Source: Candidatus Heimdallarchaeota archaeon (lineage in GTDB: Archaea > Asgardarchaeota > Heimdallarchaeia > JABLTI01). From it: a DNA stretch of 17,818 nucleotides. The notes under the pieces are model-generated. The model did not search any database. It was not told the DNA's origin and saw only the letters and a list, made by a program, of their open reading frames with translations. Below are positions 14,800 to 17,818 of this stretch, one piece after another. Both the position numbers and the translations under genes were made by a program. The stretch spans positions 1 to 17,818 of the forward strand of contig JAUWKS010000065.1 of assembly GCA_030614005.1 (NCBI GenBank). Direction: 5' to 3'. The first letter of the stretch is position 1, and every line of letters starts with the position of its first letter.

Positions 14800-16287
14800 A
14801 TGAATACAAACGAGAAAGAGAACGAAATATCAGAAAGTGGATTTAGAATTGAATTGGAAGAAGAAGAAGAGGTAAATAATAGTCTCTGGAGCGTCATTAA
14901 ACTTCCGTGGTACGAGTACATACTCGTTGCATTGCTGATCGGAGCTGCTGTGACAATGTTTGTATTACATAATTACTATCCAGATGATTTTGGTATTTTA
15001 ATAGGAGTAGTAGTTGCAGCAGGATTACTCGGACTCTGGTTAGCATTCAGACCAAGTGAGTGGGCAGTAGATGGATTAGGTAACCTCATGCGATTTGCAG
15101 GGTTAACAGCTTACGTTGCAGGAGTGATTTCAAGTCTAGCTAGTAATCTACCAGAAGCAGTTGCTGCAGGAATATTGTTAGTTAAAGGAACGGTAAACAA
15201 CACACCCGATTTAGTGAAAACAGCTTTTTATACAACCCTCGCAGCAGCAGGATTCAATGCCATACTATTAGGAATAGTTGTTCTGGTAGGGTCGAAAAAG
15301 AAAGGTTATATTCAAATTAAGAAAGAAACGGTTATGGCAGAGAGCGTACTACTAAGATGGGGATTTGTTGCTACATTTCTAACATTTGGTGTGGCAGTAG
15401 TAGAAATATTAGATAAGATGTTTATCGAGATAAAACAACAAACATTTTTCGAAGATTCAGAAGGAATATCAGGAGAACTACCACAATTAGCAGGAATATC
15501 CCTTGTGGTAAGTTATCTCATTTATCTTGTCTTTCTTATCGTTAAAAGTAAACAAGCAAAAGCAGAAGAACAGTTTGGCAAAGAACTAGTTAAAGCAACA
15601 AAACCAATGAGAGGAAAATTAGATGAAAAAATGCCTGATATTGAAGCAATAAATGTGCAAGAAGTACATGAGGGGGCAAAAAGAAAAATGAATGATGCTT
15701 CGGGTGAAATGAACATCATAGATCCCAATTGTGAAGATACTCGAGTAACCTATCAAGGAGATGATAAAAAATACATTAATCCTTATGCAACAGCTCCAGC
15801 AATGGAAGGGCACCATTTAAGCTTGAAAGTATCTATTGCATTAGTTATTCTAGGCGTCACAGGTATTGCTGGAGGAGGATTTTTACTCAGTCATGCAGTA
15901 GAAACAATGTTACACTCACCAAAGATAACCCTAGATATCGGCATTGTAGCCCTCATTGTTGGTTTCTCTGGAGCAATACCAGAACATGGGATAGCAGTGG
16001 TTGCTTCGGCAAAAGGAAAAACAGACATTGCTTTAGGTAATATTCTCGGAGGAATACTGCAGATGACACTACTAGTCTTTGGTGCATTCGCAGCTTTAGT
16101 TCCAGCTCCAATCGATGATTTCATGTTATTCCAACTCATTGCTTTAGCATTAATCATCTGGTTTGTTAAAAGATCAATCTCGGATGACCATCGGATAACT
16201 TCTTTCGAAGGAATAATGATAATCATGGCTCAATCATTTAGTTTCCTACTTTTGATTGGTGAGCTGACGAATATCTCAATATTCTAA
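14800..16287 (+). CDS. Ca2+/cation antiporter (CaCA superfamily)
   Basis: Two alpha repeats (ASNLPE and SGAIPEH...LGNILGG) separated by a long hydrophilic loop. ATG 14800 preferred over TTG 14791. Confidence 0.82.
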   Translation: MNTNEKENEISESGFRIELEEEEEVNNSLWSVIKLPWYEYILVALLIGAAVTMFVLHNYYPDDFGILIGVVVAAGLLGLWLAFRPSEWAVDGLGNLMRFAGLTAYVAGVISSLASNLPEAVAAGILLVKGTVNNTPDLVKTAFYTTLAAAGFNAILLGIVVLVGSKKKGYIQIKKETVMAESVLLRWGFVATFLTFGVAVVEILDKMFIEIKQQTFFEDSEGISGELPQLAGISLVVSYLIYLVFLIVKSKQAKAEEQFGKELVKATKPMRGKLDEKMPDIEAINVQEVHEGAKRKMNDASGEMNIIDPNCEDTRVTYQGDDKKYINPYATAPAMEGHHLSLKVSIALVILGVTGIAGGGFLLSHAVETMLHSPKITLDIGIVALIVGFSGAIPEHGIAVVASAKGKTDIALGNILGGILQMTLLVFGAFAALVPAPIDDFMLFQLIALALIIWFVKRSISDDHRITSFEGIMIIMAQSFSFLLLIGELTNISIF

Positions 16288-16294
16288 AGTGATT

Positions 16295-16330
16295 AAGGAT
16301 AATTTATTATCCTTTTATTTTTTTATTTGT
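16295..16330 (+). terminator. Hairpin plus T-tract terminator
   Basis: AAGGATAA-TTTA-TTATCCTT (8-bp stem) followed by TTATTTTTTTATTT, just after stop 16287. Confidence 0.55.
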
Positions 16331-16454
16331 CAAATCAAAATATTTTATCCAAGTTAAAATAAAGTAACTGAATAGAACAATTTATAATAGGTATTTCTAA
16401 TCTTAATTTGTTTTTATATTAAAACTCTTTAAAAAATCAAGATGTGAAATTATT

Positions 16455-17818
16455 ATGGGTACATTTATTTCAAAAAAGAAAGAAAGAAATGGACTCTTTG
16501 AAAGAAATTCTGCAATACCAAAAATAAATAAGATTAAAAACAAAAGTTACACCAAAAGAGATTTTTGGATAATCGGGTTAACCATATTTGTTTTCATTTT
16601 AGGTCTCTTATTAAGAACTTGGAGAATTATTAGAGAAGGAATGCCAATTGCATTTGATGGATACCATTTTCAAAGAATTGCTAAGCAAATTTTCTTTGAT
16701 GAGTGGTATGATTTAACAAATATAACAAGAGATCCTCCGGGAATACACTTTATTTTAGTTATAGCGGAAAATATGTTTGGATTTTCTGGACAACCAATAA
16801 TGTGGTCAATATTCGTTTTCCCACAAATTCTATGCTCATTACAATTATTGATATATTTTGTTCTGGTGAGAAGACTTACCAATAACAAAACAGCAGCACT
16901 TTTAGCTATGCTCTTCATTACTTTTATTGGAGTTATTGTTTATAGAAATCATAATATCGCCCCAGAAACTTTCGTATTGGGTTTAGTGCCATTTGTTGTT
17001 TATTACCTTGCGAGATATCTTGAAACAAAAAAGTATAGATTTATGATAATTGCAATATTAATCACATCAAGCATTATTCTTATTCATCATTTAACTACAT
17101 TAATTGTAATAGTTTTTTGGCATATCATCTTACTTTATGATATAATTATCCTTAGAGTGAAAAACATAATGAAATCAAAAACAACAATCATAAAAAATAT
17201 TGTTATTCTAGTCTCATTAGATTTATTCACAGGACTTTTTTGGTTTTTTGTTCTAAAGAATTATCCGGGCAATTTCATTGGTCTGTCATTAGGCGGATTA
17301 TTCCCAGAAGGTCAACCTTTATATCCGACTATTTTAATGATGATTGGAGCACTGATTATAATATCAATAATATTTACTCTATTCTTTTATAATTTTGACA
17401 AAAGGAAAATCAATATGGTAATAGTTGTTGCAGTAATAGTCGTAATTATCGGATTATTCCTTGTTGGCATATTTTTAGGAGCTGCTAGTCCTGAATCCTC
17501 AATATTAACTACTTTAAGTTTAGGTACGATGGCTATTGTATTACCACCTTTATCGGTTATAGGTCTAATTCATCTAAGAAGTAATAAATTTGCAGTGAGT
17601 AGATCAATGCGTGCATGGATTTTTACTGTGGGAGCAATCATTAGTATTACAGCTTTATTTCCATATATGTCAAGTTTACTTGGACGTTTAGCTTTGTATT
17701 TTATTGAGATTGGTGTTGTTTTATCTGCAATTGGTGTTTACAAAATCTATTCTAAGATAAACACTAGAAAAGTGAAAGCAGTTGCTCTCCTAGGTTTAAT
17801 AGGTTCTATGGCTCTAAC
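16455..17818 (+). CDS. GT-C superfamily (STT3/PMT-like) polytopic membrane protein, partial (runs off the right edge)
   Basis: Manual translation is open from ATG 16455 to the window end. TM1 followed by LLLR...PIAFDGYHFQR, then DPPGIH, PETF and HHLT, with many TM segments. Not in the ORF track. Confidence 0.7.
   Translation, partial: MGTFISKKKERNGLFERNSAIPKINKIKNKSYTKRDFWIIGLTIFVFILGLLLRTWRIIREGMPIAFDGYHFQRIAKQIFFDEWYDLTNITRDPPGIHFILVIAENMFGFSGQPIMWSIFVFPQILCSLQLLIYFVLVRRLTNNKTAALLAMLFITFIGVIVYRNHNIAPETFVLGLVPFVVYYLARYLETKKYRFMIIAILITSSIILIHHLTTLIVIVFWHIILLYDIIILRVKNIMKSKTTIIKNIVILVSLDLFTGLFWFFVLKNYPGNFIGLSLGGLFPEGQPLYPTILMMIGALIIISIIFTLFFYNFDKRKINMVIVVAVIVVIIGLFLVGIFLGAASPESSILTTLSLGTMAIVLPPLSVIGLIHLRSNKFAVSRSMRAWIFTVGAIISITALFPYMSSLLGRLALYFIEIGVVLSAIGVYKIYSKINTRKVKAVALLGLIGSMAL

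Noticed and set aside
2641-16918. Remaining short track ORFs (e.g. 2641-2889, 7357-7567, 7775-8196, 10634-10822, 11845-12084, 13186-13833, 15522-16226, 16670-16918)
   Set aside because: All overlap well-supported genes on the opposite strand or in another frame and show no independent coding signal.
1-17818. CRISPR arrays, tRNA/rRNA genes, transposase or integrase genes
   Set aside because: None seen: no regularly spaced repeats, no tRNA cloverleaf or T-loop motif, no mobile-element ORF.

Overview
AT-rich archaeal chromosomal window, shown by srp19, gar1 and GGTGA/GGAGG Shine-Dalgarno (SD) sites. An Asgard (Heimdallarchaeia-like) origin is my inference from gene content and is not proven. 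Gene order: partial YVTN beta-propeller (-), unknown multi-TM protein (-), possible TFB-core-like protein (+), small hypothetical (-), a GC-rich multi-hairpin intergenic island, a four-gene operon (SDR, divergent GcvPA-like, divergent GcvPB-like, ATP-NAD kinase/AcoX-like), two tandem 28-29 aa basic micro-ORFs missing from the ORF track, gar1, srp19, hypA, a stand-alone 7-TM protein, degV, uppP, a degenerate alkaline-phosphatase-fold protein, a CaCA antiporter and a partial GT-C-like membrane protein. Best leads: (1) the duplicated micropeptide pair with its own promoter; (2) a P-protein-like PLP enzyme with rewritten glycine-decarboxylase signature motifs, in an operon with SDR and AcoX-like genes and no T/H/L genes; (3) a candidate minus-strand ncRNA of about 150-190 nt; (4) a Zn-ribbon-less TFB-like protein. 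All family assignments come from motif recognition by eye; no searches were run.
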